DNA of 64,000 nt from Octopus vulgaris (GCA_951406725.2 OX597825.1:19468001-19532000); one strand, 5' to 3'; numbered from the stretch's first letter, positions 37,361-51,420 are shown. Notes: a model not told the origin generated them from the sequence alone. Program-made: numbers and translations.

Positions 37361-40314
37361 CGTTATTCAGTTTTAATTTAAGGTTTCTTGTCAATAGAGA
37401 AAGAGTCTGTTTCTAACCTAGATCCAAAGCCCTTTCATTGGAATTTCAATATCAACAACAAAGTATTCTTGTTTGTATGTATATGTGTATGTATATATGT
37501 ATACATGTATGTATTTATGAATGTATATGTGCAGATTTGTATGTTTTATTTTACGTATGTATTCTCATGCATATAGTTGCATATCTAGACATGCTTATAT
37601 ATATTTGAAATATAACTTTCTGTAAAGTTTTATAGATTTTTATAGTTCCAGTGTTGGATTGAATTAGTAGTTTTCGAAATAGCTTTCTCCTTTCTGATTT
37701 TGAGAAGCCTAACTTCTCAAGATTGGTATGTAGGCAGTGTACTACATATCCTAGGTCCCCTATAATTACAGGTATATACCTGATGCATATACATGCACAC
37801 ATCAGACGATGAATAACACCAATAAAAAAAAATAAATAGACAGCAGTCACAATTTATTACAACTAATGCTCGATACACAAAATGAATTTGATAAAGTAAT
37901 GTGAAGTTTAACGAAACAAAATGTGCATACCACCAATCTGAATGGAAAATTAGTCAGCTTTATACTACAAAATGCAAATATAGGAGTGCATCAGAAGGAA
38001 AGACAAATTTCTAATGAAGGTTTGATATCATCAGCGGTAGCAAAACATTTCTACGGTGACTTCTATTCTCAATATTGGTTGCTATTACGTGGAGTCTAGC
38101 TTGAGTGTAACCGCCATAGTATACGAATTTCACCCCGTAAACTAGATGTAAACATGGACGAAAACAAATGATTTTAATAGGATTTTTGATTTTCAAGATG
38201 GAACAACATGCATATTTTGGGGAACAGAAGTGTTAATATATTAGACAGCATTTGCAAGAAATCAGTTTTAAAAAAATATTTTTTATATGGAATATAATGG
38301 ACAAGACGTCGCAAATCGCTACAGGTACCAATTGCACTAATGAAAGATTTTAATAAAAGCTGGCTGAATGTCTAAGGGCAAGAAGACAGGTCTGGCTACG
38401 GGATTTTGTCTTCATAATTTTTATAATCACAACAATTGTCTCCTACCTTATCTGCAGTAGATGTTATGTCGCACGTTCGGATGCCTCTACTACTCAACTC
38501 TTCTCTGCTCCACTACTCTGTTCTAGTCTACTACCTCTATTTCCACGTATTGGGTTTGCCTACTTCATCGTCTGGGGGCGTCCACACAACACCTCTCCCT
38601 CTTGAGATTTTTGAACCCGAATTTATCAATTTTATTTCCTCGGTGAGAAACTGGCATATCTTTTTCTTTTAGCGTTAATTTCCATCATTTCTGTAGGTTT
38701 TCTCTTCCTGTTCAACCTACGTGTCCGTTCTGCTTTTGCTTGTGGTTCTGGGGCCTCGAACACCTTTGCTTGTGGTTCTTGGACCTGGAACAAATCATAC
38801 CATGAATCCATTGGTTCTTCTCACCTCTCTTGGTTTTTTATATATATTTTTTTTTATTGATTTAAATGCCTTCTATGTTCATATTTTGGTCCTTTTACCA
38901 TGTACATCACGTTACGCAGACGTCGAGAGAGTTGTTCGACATAACAGTAGACTTAAATCTTGCGTCGGAAAAATTTGCTGAAGTAGATAACATGTAACAT
39001 ACAAGAATAGCATATATGGATGGAGTCATGATTATGAAATGAAATTTCTCATTAAATATCTCTCTTACTGCACTTATATATTGAATCCTCGAAAGGTAAC
39101 TTTCTATAAACAATAATCAGAACTTTTCAATAGTGCAGCTGTAGTATATATGTTATGTAATCTCGAAATGAAATTTTCTAATAGAGAATTATAAAAAGTG
39201 ATCGGCAGGATTTCAAAATTTAATGTTTCAAATGGAACCTGATAATTACACGGGAAGACCCATTCACACGTACACAGAGAAACATAAACACACACACACA
39301 CAAACACACATATATATACTCACAAAAACGCACACTTGAGTATATGTATATGTGTGTACGTGTGTTTATTTAGATATGGGTTTTTTTCCTGTGCTGATGT
39401 TAGTGTATTCATAAGACTTAATAGGTGATAATATTTCTCTAGAGGAATTCGGTTTGGGCATTGTTATGCAATCTCTATTGTTGTAGGTTAAATGTAGTTA
39501 AATGGTTTCAACAAGTGAGAGCTTTATAACACGTGAGGGTGTAATAGAGAAAGAGTAACAGAAAGAAAACTTTTAGATTCCATATTAATATACAGTGCCT
39601 GTGCGTAAATTATTAAGTGTTCAGATGCCAACTAATGTGTAGCTATATATTCACATATTAACTACAACTCCATCACTCACATACACAATCAAACACACCC
39701 ACATATACAGTTTACAGTTTCCTCTTCCTGTAAGGTAAGATGAACAATAAAGGTCTCCATCTAATGAGAGATAAATATCGTTTAATGTAAACTGTATTAA
39801 AGTAAAAGCTACTAATAGTTTCTGGCCAATAAATCAAGTGGTTAGGCAGGTTTATAACGCGCATTGTGTCTGCAAGCAATCCCTAAGCTCTGAGTACATG
39901 GTGTGCTCTGTTTGAAAATCAGGACGATGTCACATGTGAAGCGATAAGTTAAAGCAAGAAGGATGGTGACAAAAGTGGAATGAAAAGTGGAAAGAAACGG
40001 AAAAAGAAAGGAAGGAAAAGAAAGAAAATTAGAGAGAGGCCCTCTTTGACCGTAGAAGTCATAATTAAATTTGTTGTAGAATAATGCAACAGCGAGAGGT
40101 TCAAAAATTCAACGGCGAGTGGTCCAAACATCTGTGCTATCAGGAGATGGTGATGTCCTCCAGTTCGCCAAATAAAAGTTTGTTTACATATTTGCATATG
40201 CTGAAAATTTTCGATCTGGAATCGTGCAATGTGATGGAATTCTTGGATCTAAAATGAATGTGCGATATTTTAGCTCAGTACGATTGCGTTTATATATGGC
40301 ATGGATTTCTCCAC

Positions 40315-40616
40315 GATTCTCCATTTGATTCTCCATTTGATTCTCCATTTGTACGTGGCGTGCAGTTGGTTTCGAACCTCATATGTGGCTAACCAACTTA
40401 GTAGCTTTACTTTCGTTGCAGTGCCGGCAAGAAGACTGGTGGTCTGGATAACGTCTTTTAATATTGATTCTCCATTTGATTCTCCATTTGATTCTCCATT
40501 TGTACGTGGCGTGCAGTTGGTTTCGAACCTCATATGTGGCTAACCAACTTAGTAGCTTTACTTTCGTTGCAGTGCCGGCAAGAAGACTGGTGGTCTGGAT
40601 AACGTCTTTTAATATT
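40315..40616 (+). repeat. Exact 151-bp tandem duplication, each unit beginning with (GATTCTCCATTT)x3
   Basis: Units 40315-40465 and 40466-40616 read as identical. Confidence 0.93.
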
Positions 40617-40938
40617 TTCTTCGCGTAGAGCGATGTAAATTTTCTTTTCAATTACGTTATCTTGAAGGAGAGAAAGAAAAAAAAATTTGACACACTTTCA
40701 GATACAAAAACATACACACACATACACACACGCAAATATGCTCTCTCTCACTTTCTCCCCATTCGTCACCCTCTTGTACTATCCTATATCTCTCCCCACC
40801 CCTACACACTCAATAGTTCAATTTGAAGACTCCACTAGAGTGGACGAAAGCGCTATTATATATGATATATGATTTATAAAAACATGTAACTTACTAATAA
40901 ATATCTATAAATATAAAACCATCCAGATACCTAATTTC

Positions 40939-40992
<54 letters not shown>

Positions 40993-40993
<1 letters not shown>

Positions 40994-41095
40994 GATAGGC
41001 TACTTTCAGTTTTCGCCTGCCAAATCCACTCACAAGGCTTTGGGCGGCCCGTGGCTATAGTAGAAGAGCCCGGTAAGTAAGCTACTTACCACATA
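40993..41095 (-). mobile_element. SINE family D 5' fragment with internal deletion
   Basis: CTTTCAGTTTTCGCCTGCCAAATCCACTCACAAGGCTTTG..GGCTATAGTAGAAGA..AAGCTACTTACCACA. Confidence 0.75.
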
Positions 41096-41203
41096 CCAAG
41101 TGGAAATCGTAAATTCATGTTTATGTGCAAATAGAGTGCTGTTATGTACAGTGTGATACAATTCAAACATTGAACGTATATAATATCGTAACAGTGAAAA
41201 TGT

Positions 41204-41258
<55 letters not shown>

Positions 41259-41828
41259 TTTATGTATGTATGTAGGTATAGCCATAGGAATATTCTTGGA
41301 TTACTGCTGTCTGAAGTGAACTGAGAAGGATAGCGTAGCAATTAATTATGCCGTATAAAAGTTGATTTTTGGACTGTCAAAAAAAGTTCTGAAATAATAT
41401 GCACTCTTATCGATTCTGTCATGTTACGCTCCAATTTAATCAGTAAAATATGCGTTAGATATGCCATGGCGATTTGTGAGTTGAAATAATTCAGTTATAG
41501 CGCATTGCAGTATAACCATTTCCTGTTGCAACGCAATAGATTATTTGATAACTTTTAATCCATATTAGTGCGCATGCACATATATTTTCATTGATCTTCT
41601 AGTGCTAGTGTAATCAGAATTTTAAAGTAAATAATTTTTGACGGATGTTTCAATATATTTGTTACGCGTACAAATATTGTTATTTCACAAGACCTCACTT
41701 CTCTTGGCTCTCACATTCTCGACAACTAAAAATTTGTTCATTATTTTGTTTACGAAGTACATGATTAAAATACGAATGACATTTTGGATGTATATTATTT
41801 TCTTTCTCTATATCTTTTATTATATGTG

Positions 41829-42058
<230 letters not shown>

Positions 42059-42099
42059 CATATATATATATACATATATATATATATACATATATATGG

Positions 42100-42226
42100 T
42101 AGCTGTATCAAACTCCATTCTTCACCAAGTGCCACATATTAGACGAGGTTCGTCGCAATAACAGTGTAGCACAAAACGGCGCTGCATCAGCATGGCCGCA
42201 GCTCTGAGCTGAAACTAGAAGAAAAA

Positions 42227-42235
<9 letters not shown>
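42100..42235 (+). mobile_element. Short retroelement 3' end with poly(A); near-identical to 57463-57596
   Basis: CTGTATCAAACTCCATTCTTCACCAAGTGCCACATATTAGACGAGGTTCGTCG..CAGCATGGCCGCAGCTCTGAGCTGAAACTAGAA + A-run. Confidence 0.8.
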
Positions 42236-42288
<53 letters not shown>

Positions 42289-42296
42289 TATATATA

Positions 42297-42355
<59 letters not shown>

Positions 42356-42500
42356 CACATACATATATATATATACATAACAATACATATATATATATAT
42401 ATACACATACATATATATATATATATATACACATACATATATATATATATACATACATATATATATACATACATATACATATATATATATATATACATAC

Positions 42501-42550
<50 letters not shown>

Positions 42551-42563
42551 ATATATATATATA

Positions 42564-43266
<703 letters not shown>

Positions 43267-43779
43267 TTGGTGTTGCTATCCCTCAAGTATTCTCATAAGA
43301 ATAGACAGTTTCGTGGGTCGAGACCATATAGCAATGGTAGACAAAGTAAAGAGAAAGAGAGTGTACAGTAGACCTGAGGTGGGATCATGTCAGGAGTGAT
43401 TTTATTTCAATTAACCCAGTGACTCTGAATCCAACCAATATTGTAACAGGAGTAGCCATCCATTCATGAGAAACATAACTCATTGTGGGATATTCTAACA
43501 ATCCTAACACATTCAGGCATTAGAAGCATTTGTGTATTTAGACATACATTTGAGGTAACATAAGAGTAGATTTCAATGCATGTGAGAATATGTGAGTGAA
43601 CATCGTGATAATCACATGAAAGAGAGTGATAAAGGCTACCCCAGTATCCCACCCCTTTAAAATATGCTGCATTTATTCCTTTATATTAAAACTTAGTATA
43701 AAAACAATCATTCAATCTTTTTTTAATTCATTTTCGATGAAAAAACTTGGTAAAAGTGCACATACTATGTACGTAGGCA

Positions 43780-43820
43780 TATGTATATATGTATATATAT
43801 ATACATATATATATATATAC

Positions 43821-43863
<43 letters not shown>

Positions 43864-44089
43864 TAAATATACATATAGATATATATACATATATATATAC
43901 ATATACATATATATACATGTATATATATATACATATATGTATATATATATACATACACACATATATATATATAGATACATACATACATACGTACATACAT
44001 ATATATATATATATAGATAGATAGATAGATAGATATATATATAGATAGATAGATAGATACATACATACATACATACATACATACATACA

Positions 44090-44122
<33 letters not shown>

Positions 44123-44137
44123 GTACAGAGAGAGAGA

Positions 44138-44178
<41 letters not shown>

Positions 44179-44180
44179 TA
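43780..44180. repeat. Compound (TA)n/(GATA)n/(CATA)n/(CA)n microsatellite
   Basis: Read directly. Confidence 0.95.
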
Positions 44181-44717
44181 CATCAGTGTGTGTATCTCTG
44201 TATCTATGCAAGTGATACGGATGCATGTGTTTTACTATGCATACCCAATTTTAATTTCAATTTTCTTTGCCTCTTCTCTATTTTCTTATTTACATATTGT
44301 GAAATATTAAATTTCTTTAAAAATTTTCTGCTTTTTATATCCTACCATCGTACAGAAGCAAAGAGCTTTTTTCTAGTTATTAGCATTTGTTCCTCGGCAA
44401 GATTTCATTGCTGTTCTAAAAAATATATTTCTCTTACCACGCTTTGGTTATTTTATTTCTATTTTAAATAACATAAAATTCCATTTCATTTTGTAATATT
44501 ACTTTCATTCCATCTCACGTCTTCAGCATCCTATCTACATATATATATACCGATAGCAATACGCATGCAATGTCTCATCGGGAGCCACTTTGCTGGTCGT
44601 TCAAACTGTTAGAAATAATAACCAAACGCACTGCTTTATGTAATTTTACCGATGACATGTGAAGGCTCTACATAGTTACCGCACTTTCTAGAAACAAATA
44701 CCAAATCTTTTTCAAAT

Positions 44718-44905
44718 ATTGTTTTCAAATTTTGGCACAAGACCGGTAATTTCAAGGGAGAGGACGAGTCGATTACAACGACCCAAGTTTTCAACTGGAA
44801 CTTATTTCATCGATCCCGAAAGGAGGAAAGGCAAAGTCGACCTCGGCGGAATTTTATCTCAGAACGTAAAGACGGACGAAATTCCGCCCGGCGTGCTAAC
44901 ATTTC
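44718..44905 (-). mobile_element. SINE family A (type-2 tail), diverged
   Basis: GAAAGGCAAAGTCGACCTCGGCGGAATTT..CTCAGAACGTAAAGACGGACGAAA..CGCCCGGCGTGCTAAC. Confidence 0.82.
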
Positions 44906-45300
44906 TTCGTCAAATATTAAAACTTATTTGAATAGGACTTGTTTGATAATATATTCTATGTATAATGTTCCGGGACTATAGGGAAATAGTTGGCAGATTC
45001 AGGGCGTATAGTAAAACATGTAAAATTTCCTGACATACACAAATATATGCTCCACTTCAGTTGACGTTGGGTTAAATATAACAATACTAACAAGATAATG
45101 TTCATCATACAGAACTGTTATTGCAGGACATGTTACAACTAGCAATCAAATATCTCTCAAATCGCAGGTAACCTCTTTAAAAGGGAAACGAGGGACAGTA
45201 TGGTCCGGGTATCTAGGAAGTCATCCTAACAGTTTGAAATGAGAGCCACAACTATCGCAGATCACAACATATTGGGTGTATTTATATGTACGAGGGAGAC

Positions 45301-45386
<86 letters not shown>

Positions 45387-45935
45387 CAGCCAAATCGCTC
45401 TCGAATCACAATATATTTTCTTAGAAGATAATATATTTCTCAACATAACACTGGATTCTCTACACACAGGAAAAACATAGAATGGCCACTAATGGAGCAT
45501 ATTTCATCATCGATTAGCTCTTTTGTTGTTGACTTTGTAACTAAAGTACAATAGCGAGGCATACATACGACGAACACCCCACTTGTTCGTTGATGTATAT
45601 TCTGCAATATATCACCACACACAAAATCCAATATCAAATATAAATACATTTTGTATCCATTCTCTTATTCTCTCTCTCTCTCTCTTTCTCGATGTATAGA
45701 GACACACACATACATATTTATACGAGTATTATTCAAATGTATTAAGCAATTGATGAGCATATACTGAATCCAGTGTCACAAGCGCTATCTTTAAGATAGC
45801 GTGTTCAGACTCATGTCACTATGTACAGTTGTGCATACATACGTATATATACGCGTGTGTGTATGTGTGTCTGTGTGCACGCTCGCATGTGTCTGTATGT
45901 GTAAATGTATTTCTGAATAATTATGTGCATATATA

Positions 45936-45966
<31 letters not shown>

Positions 45967-46634
45967 TTGTGTGCGCACATATATGCGTGTATATATAAAC
46001 ATACTCATATATGGAGAAAGATAGACAGGGAAACACACATACACACATACACACACACACACGCACATGCATATATATCTATGTGCGTGCATGTGGGTAG
46101 GTTTGCGCGTGCGTGGGGCACATATGGAGCGTGCGTGTGGTGGAGGCGTGTGCGCATGTGCTTAAGGTGTCTGCGATGCGTGCGATAGAAGTAGAGCTTC
46201 TAGCCGCGTATTTAGCTATGACTTAAAACACATCGTGAATGGCTCGCGAAAGTAATTGCTTCTATTCATCACTGATGTTTTATACTCTTCCTAATTACCC
46301 TATTATCTGATATTTAAATCAGTCGCATATATTTTGCTGTCTTTAGAATGGGATATAGAAAATGTCACCCACTACTATTCCGCTATAAAAAACAAGGAGA
46401 AATATTGAAATATAAGAAATCTCTTTGAGAGAAGTGAGATTGTGATTTCACTATAGTGTATCATATTAACTTGCCAATTAATTTTGTCAAAGTGATTACC
46501 GTGGAATTGCAATTCTGCAACGATAAAAAATAAATATTAATTTAAATATGTTTAAATAAGAAGTGTAGGAAATTAAATATATACGCACACATATACATAT
46601 ATGGATGTATTTTCCTCATATAATCTCATATAAA

Positions 46635-46793
46635 GGCGCAGGCGTAGGTGTGTGGTAAGAAGATAGCTTCATAACAACATCGATTCTGGGTTCAGTTCCA
46701 CTGCGTAGCACCTTCGGCAAGTGTCTTTTACTATATCCTCGAGCCGACGAAAGCCTTATGAGTGGATTTGGTAGACGAAAACTGAAAGAAGTC
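46635..46793 (+). mobile_element. SINE family D, 5' half
   Basis: GGCGCAGGCGTAGGTGTGTGGTAAGA..GGGTTCAGTTCCACTGCGTAGCACCTTCGGCAAGTGTC..GAGTGGATTTGGTAGACGAAAACTGAAAGAAG. Confidence 0.85.
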
Positions 46794-46909
46794 TCTCTCT
46801 CATATATATATATATATGTAATATTATATATATATTTATATTATTATTATGCACACACACACACACGCGCACGCAAACACACATATATATATATATATAT
46901 ATATACGCA

Positions 46910-47324
46910 TACTCCCAGAACCATGTTAATAGCTTAGAAGTGTAATTTAGGACTTCCCAGTTTTCTGTGAATCAGTTTTGATAAAACTTTTCCCAATTGC
47001 TTTGCACACTATGGCAACACTATTGTGGTTATGTTTTCATTATTCAGTGTAACGTCTTTTTTTTTATTTCAGATTCTTCAGTTTTGGGGCGAAACACACT
47101 AAATGCCTAGATGGGCTATTTTCATTCAAAAGCTATTAGCGTGGTTCACCCCAAAACTGAATAATCTGAAATAAACAAGAAAGGATGCTACACAGAATAA
47201 TGGAGACGTATTGCCATAGTGTGCCATAGTGTGCCATAGTGTGGGAAAGTTTAATCAAAATCGATTCGCAGAAAACCGAGAAATCCTAAATTTCACTGAT
47301 AGGCTATTAGCGTGGTTCTGAGTA
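46910..47324. mobile_element. Palindromic MITE with long TIRs, TA ends and an inner direct repeat (IR-DR, Tc1-like)
   Basis: TACTCCCAGAACCATGTTAATAGC ... GCTATTAGCGTGGTTCTGAGTA. Arms pair over ~190 bp. GCTATTAGCGTGGTTC occurs at both ~47132 and ~47303. Confidence 0.82.
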
Positions 47325-47343
47325 CATATGTGTTTGTGTGTTT

Positions 47344-47398
<55 letters not shown>

Positions 47399-47419
47399 TG
47401 TGTGTGTACTTGTGCTCGC

Positions 47420-47592
47420 GTCTGTCACCCCACCATCGCTTGACAACGTCTCCGTAACCCAGCGGTTCAGCAAAAGACACAGGCTTACTAAGTACTAGGC
47501 TCACTAAGTCCTGGGATACATTTCTTAGACTAAAAGCAGTGCTCTAGCTTTGTCGCAGTCAAATGACTGAAACAAGTAAAAGTATAAAAGAA
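47420..47592 (+). mobile_element. SINE family D 3' half, deleted
   Basis: CCCCACCATCGCTTGACAAC..AGCGGTTCAGCAAAAGA..AAGTACTAGGCT..GCAGTCAAATGACTGAAACAAGTAAAAG. Confidence 0.8.
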
Positions 47593-47882
47593 TATATATA
47601 TAAATGTGCATACGTACACACAAGCACACGCACATACACACACATATCTGTGCGGCAAGAAGTGTTGGTGTGGACACCATACTACTTGAACTCCTCAATT
47701 TTATCAAGTAGTTCTCTCGACAGGGTTGAGTAAATCCTGGGTTGTTGACAATTTGTCTTCAAGAAGGCAGATATCATCTACAAATGCAAGTTCTGCTGGG
47801 TAGCGTGGACTCCGACAATACATACGTATATATATATATACATACACACATACATGCATACATACATACATGCATGCATACA

Positions 47883-48120
47883 TACCTATTTCTTTACTAC
47901 TCGCAAGGGGTTAAACACAGAGAGGACAAACAAGGACAGACAAACGGATTAAATCGATTATATCGACCCCCAATGCGTAACGGGTACTTAATTTATCGAT
48001 CCCGAAACGAGGGAAGGCAAAGTCGACCTCGGCGGAATTTGAACTCAGAACATAGCGGCAGACGAAATACCGCAAAGGATTTCGCCCGGCGTGCTAACGC
48101 TTCTGCCAGCTCACCGCCTT
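47883..48120 (-). mobile_element. SINE family A, full length
   Basis: Complete head, core and tail 1 on the minus strand, inserted in (CATA)n-like sequence. Confidence 0.9.
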
Positions 48121-48544
48121 GTATACATGCATACATACATTACTGTACAGAAGTATCATATATGAAATGTAAAGTGTAAACTTGAAGAGTAAGCGCTTTA
48201 ATAAACAATTTGTGTTGCTGTGAAATTTTCTATTTCACGCCAGCACTTGTTTGATCGTCTTCTAACGCCTGCGTTTGGATCGGGATCTCATTTTCATCGT
48301 TAAATAAACTGTAGATTTTAACAAGTTACTGCTGAAACCCAATTTGTATATAATGGAGTTGGTTTCTTTAAACTAGGTAACAGCGCACTAGCTGGCAACG
48401 TAAACAAATGAATTGCTATAAGCACTACCTTGCGATTTTTAAGTGTAATAGAAAAGAAATGCGTTTATTCACACTTTGAAAAGTAGATTTTGAAGGTACG
48501 CAAAATGTGTTTCCTTTAGTAGTCAGCCAATGAAATCACTCATG

Positions 48545-49685
48545 TATTATGGTGAGTCAAATGTTTTGCAATGTTTTAGTTACTCCACCGAGGTCGACTT
48601 TGCCTCCCCATAAATTTCTGCCTTGTGCCTAGAGTAGAAAAGAATATTTTGGTTACTCCACCGAGGTTGACTGCCTTTCATCCTTTCGGGGTCGATAAAT
48701 TAAGTACCAGTTGCGAACTGGGGTCGATATAATCGACTAGCCCCTCCCCCAAAATTTCGGAACTTGTGCTTAGAGTAGAAAAGAATATTTTGGTTACTCC
48801 ACCGAGGTCGACTTTGCCTTTCATCTTTTCAGGGTCGATAAATTAAGTGCCAGTTGCGTACAGGGATATAATCGACTTGCCCCACCTCCCAAAAAAATTT
48901 CGGGCCTTGTGCCTAGAGTAGAAAAGAATATTTTTGGTAACTTATTTCATTTATTCGTCAATTCACAACAAAAGTAGCTTAGCATTTAAAGTAAAATCCA
49001 TCGTGTTGTACAGTCTGAAGCCATCGTTCTGTTAGTCCTTTGATCCCAAGCTGATAGCAGTTCTTGTTCTCTCAAACAAAGAACTCCTTCACTGAAGTTT
49101 CGACCTTCCGAACCTGTTGTCAAACATGGCTGTTTCGAACTCAAGGTGATGCTCTGCGCCTGGTGGAACTATTGAGGAAGCAAAATAGAGGAAAGAAATC
49201 ATTACGAGTTCGTTACGGATGGTTGAACCATCAATGCTAATCTGTACCCCGAACAGCTGAAGTGGATCTATACCCATGAACCGTGCCGCAACAATACCCG
49301 CAATGCTTAACAGAAAGCGAGCTATGCAGCTGCAAGAAAATGCAAGACCTCATATTTCTCGAATGATCAGGAATAAACTCACGGAGCCAAAAGGAATTGA
49401 GCTGATGCCACACCCAGCATATAGCCCGGCACTAGCTCTTTTGAATTATTACTTGTTTTGATCCATGGCTCACTTTCTTTGCTCGCGGCGCTTCGTCAGC
49501 CAAAAAGTAGTTGAAGAAGAACTGACATCTGCGTTGGATCAAAAAACTGGGAGGAGATAAAGGCAACTTCAGACCGTACAACACGATGGCTTTTACTCTG
49601 AAGGCTAAGCTACTTTTGTAGTAATTTGAAGAATAATGCAAATAAGTTACCAAAACACTGCAAGACGTTTTGCCTCAACACAGTA
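48545..49685. mobile_element. Mariner-derived fold-back element: 3' part of a mariner duplicated in inverted orientation
   Basis: The ends TATTATGGTGAGTCAAATGTTTTGCAATGTTTTAGTTAC and GTTACCAAAACACTGCAAGACGTTTTGCCTCAACACAGTA are inverted matches. 48935-49020 pairs with 49567-49655. The + strand encodes KVMLCAWWNY..HYEF..TINANLYPEQL..LQENARPH..IELMPHPAYSPALA..YYLF*SMAHFL. Confidence 0.88.
48584..48931 (+). mobile_element. Three tandem 5'-truncated SINE family A (type-2 tail) units inside the mariner TIR
   Basis: Each unit starts TCCACCGAGGT(C/T)GACT and ends CTAGAGTAGAAAAGAATA (TTAGAG in the second unit); units are separated by the host motif TTTTGGTTAC. Confidence 0.88.
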
Positions 49686-49817
49686 TATTATTCATTTAGC
49701 CCACATCCCAGATCAGTTTCTAGTTACTCTCCACAGAAGCAAAATAAATTGTTGCTAAAGGCGATTTATAAATCGAATGCCTTCCCGTTTTCTTTCTTTT
49801 TTTAATTTTTAGTCTTA

Positions 49818-50122
49818 TCTTTATATATAAAAGTGAATTTGTGTGAGAGTCTGTCTACTCCGATTTAGATTCCTAACTACTCCCACATTTTGCAGTGCGG
49901 TTTAACCAAAAGCGGGTATCTTATAGTCGTGATTCATATCGAGCCCTTCTATGTATTAGCGTGCGTCTACGATGAGTCTACGATTTAAAAAAAAAATTAC
50001 CATCATTTTTCCGCATTTTTAATGCATTATTTGTTCGGTTTATATAAGGGAAGTAACTCTCTAAAAATGCTTATATAGTTATTTCCCTTACAAACCCGAG
50101 CAACGCCGGGCGATACTGCTAG
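49818..50122 (+). mobile_element. Non-autonomous Helitron
   Basis: 5' A|TCTTTATATATAAAA; 3' hairpin CCCGAGCAACGCCGGG, then CGATACTG-CTAG. Confidence 0.85.
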
Positions 50123-51210
50123 CGTTTACTAAAAATGTACGTGGCTTTTGCGGAGTGGTTGCTTGCCTCTGGGTCAAAACATACAATTACAGATGAAATA
50201 CACACTCAAAGCGTTGCCTCACGGTAATCTCATAATAAATGCATATACACTCTAATACACACACACACACATATTCTTTGTTTTAGGCTTGCTAGGGATA
50301 AATGCATTTTCTCCTGCCAGTTCCCGCAAAATAAATGCCGTTATAGATAGTGACCCTTCGAAATTATTTGGCTATCCTGATACAGTATACTTTGCTATAC
50401 TGATATAGTGTTTAAAAAAATGGAGTTACTGTTCAAGAAATATAACAAAATATCCTTGAGTTTCCTTATGAATTTGCACTCAATACCAGGCAGATGAAAA
50501 TACCTGTGTTTTATGGAGAAAATCCAAATCAAAATGGTATAACTTAAATTGCTTGAGACAGTCGAATTGTCGCTGCAGTCTAAGCTCCCTTTCTGCTGAC
50601 ATTGCTGAATTTGATCCTTAATTAAGTCACTAAATATTTTCAATCTGACAATTTTGGCAATGGATATCCATAGATTATAGATAACTGTATATATTTAACT
50701 GCATATTTGAAAGCGTTCGAATACCTTTTAAAGAAGATTGACAGATAAATTGTAATGGTATAAAAGAAGTCTCAATTATTAACCTGTTCTATTGTATTGA
50801 CTAGAAAATTAAAATCAGATTCTCAATAAAATATGACATCTCCGCAGACATTTCAGAACATCGAGAAGAAAAGTAAACTATAGTGCTTTTAAGAATTCCA
50901 AGAAGAAAGCAAATGATGTAGCGCTTATTTTATTCGATATATCGTATGTAATTTCCGGAACAAATCTACGACAGGAAAATAACGTTCAGGTGTAAGTAAC
51001 TAAATATATATTAACTGCAACATGGAATTCAAAATCAATTCACTAAATATATGGTTATATTATCGATTAAATGAGAAACTGTTGGATTGTAGAATCAAAC
51101 GCCAGAAAAAGAAATACCTTCTTGTATTGAAGTCTATATTTTTCTATAGTAAAGTCTCAGCGCGACGTTCACATTTATTTTTTCGTTATCAACGAAGAGT
51201 GAAGGTGGCT

Positions 51211-51420
51211 GGCGAGTTGGCAGAATTGTTAGCACGCTGGACGAAATGCATAGCGATATACCGCCCGTCGCTACGTTCTGAGTTCAAATTCCGCCCAGGT
51301 CGACTTTGCCTTTCATTTTTTCGGGGTCGATAAAATAAGTACCAGTTGTACGCTGAGGTCGATGTAATCGACTCGTCACCACCTCCCCCAAGCTGTCCTT
51401 GTGGAAAAAAAATTGAAATA
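51211..51420 (+). mobile_element. SINE family A
   Basis: Head GGCGAGTTGGCAGAATTGTTAGCACG, core, and a variant tail. Confidence 0.87.

Noticed and set aside
48575-48942. Repeat-spacer-like periodicity suggestive of a CRISPR array
   Set aside because: The units are SINE fragments in a eukaryotic context; no unique spacers and no cas genes.
50500-50645. Possible minus-strand exon (MSAERELRLQRQFDCLKQFKLYHFDLDFLHKTQ|GTATTT)
   Set aside because: Weak splice signals, no recognisable homology and no partner exons.
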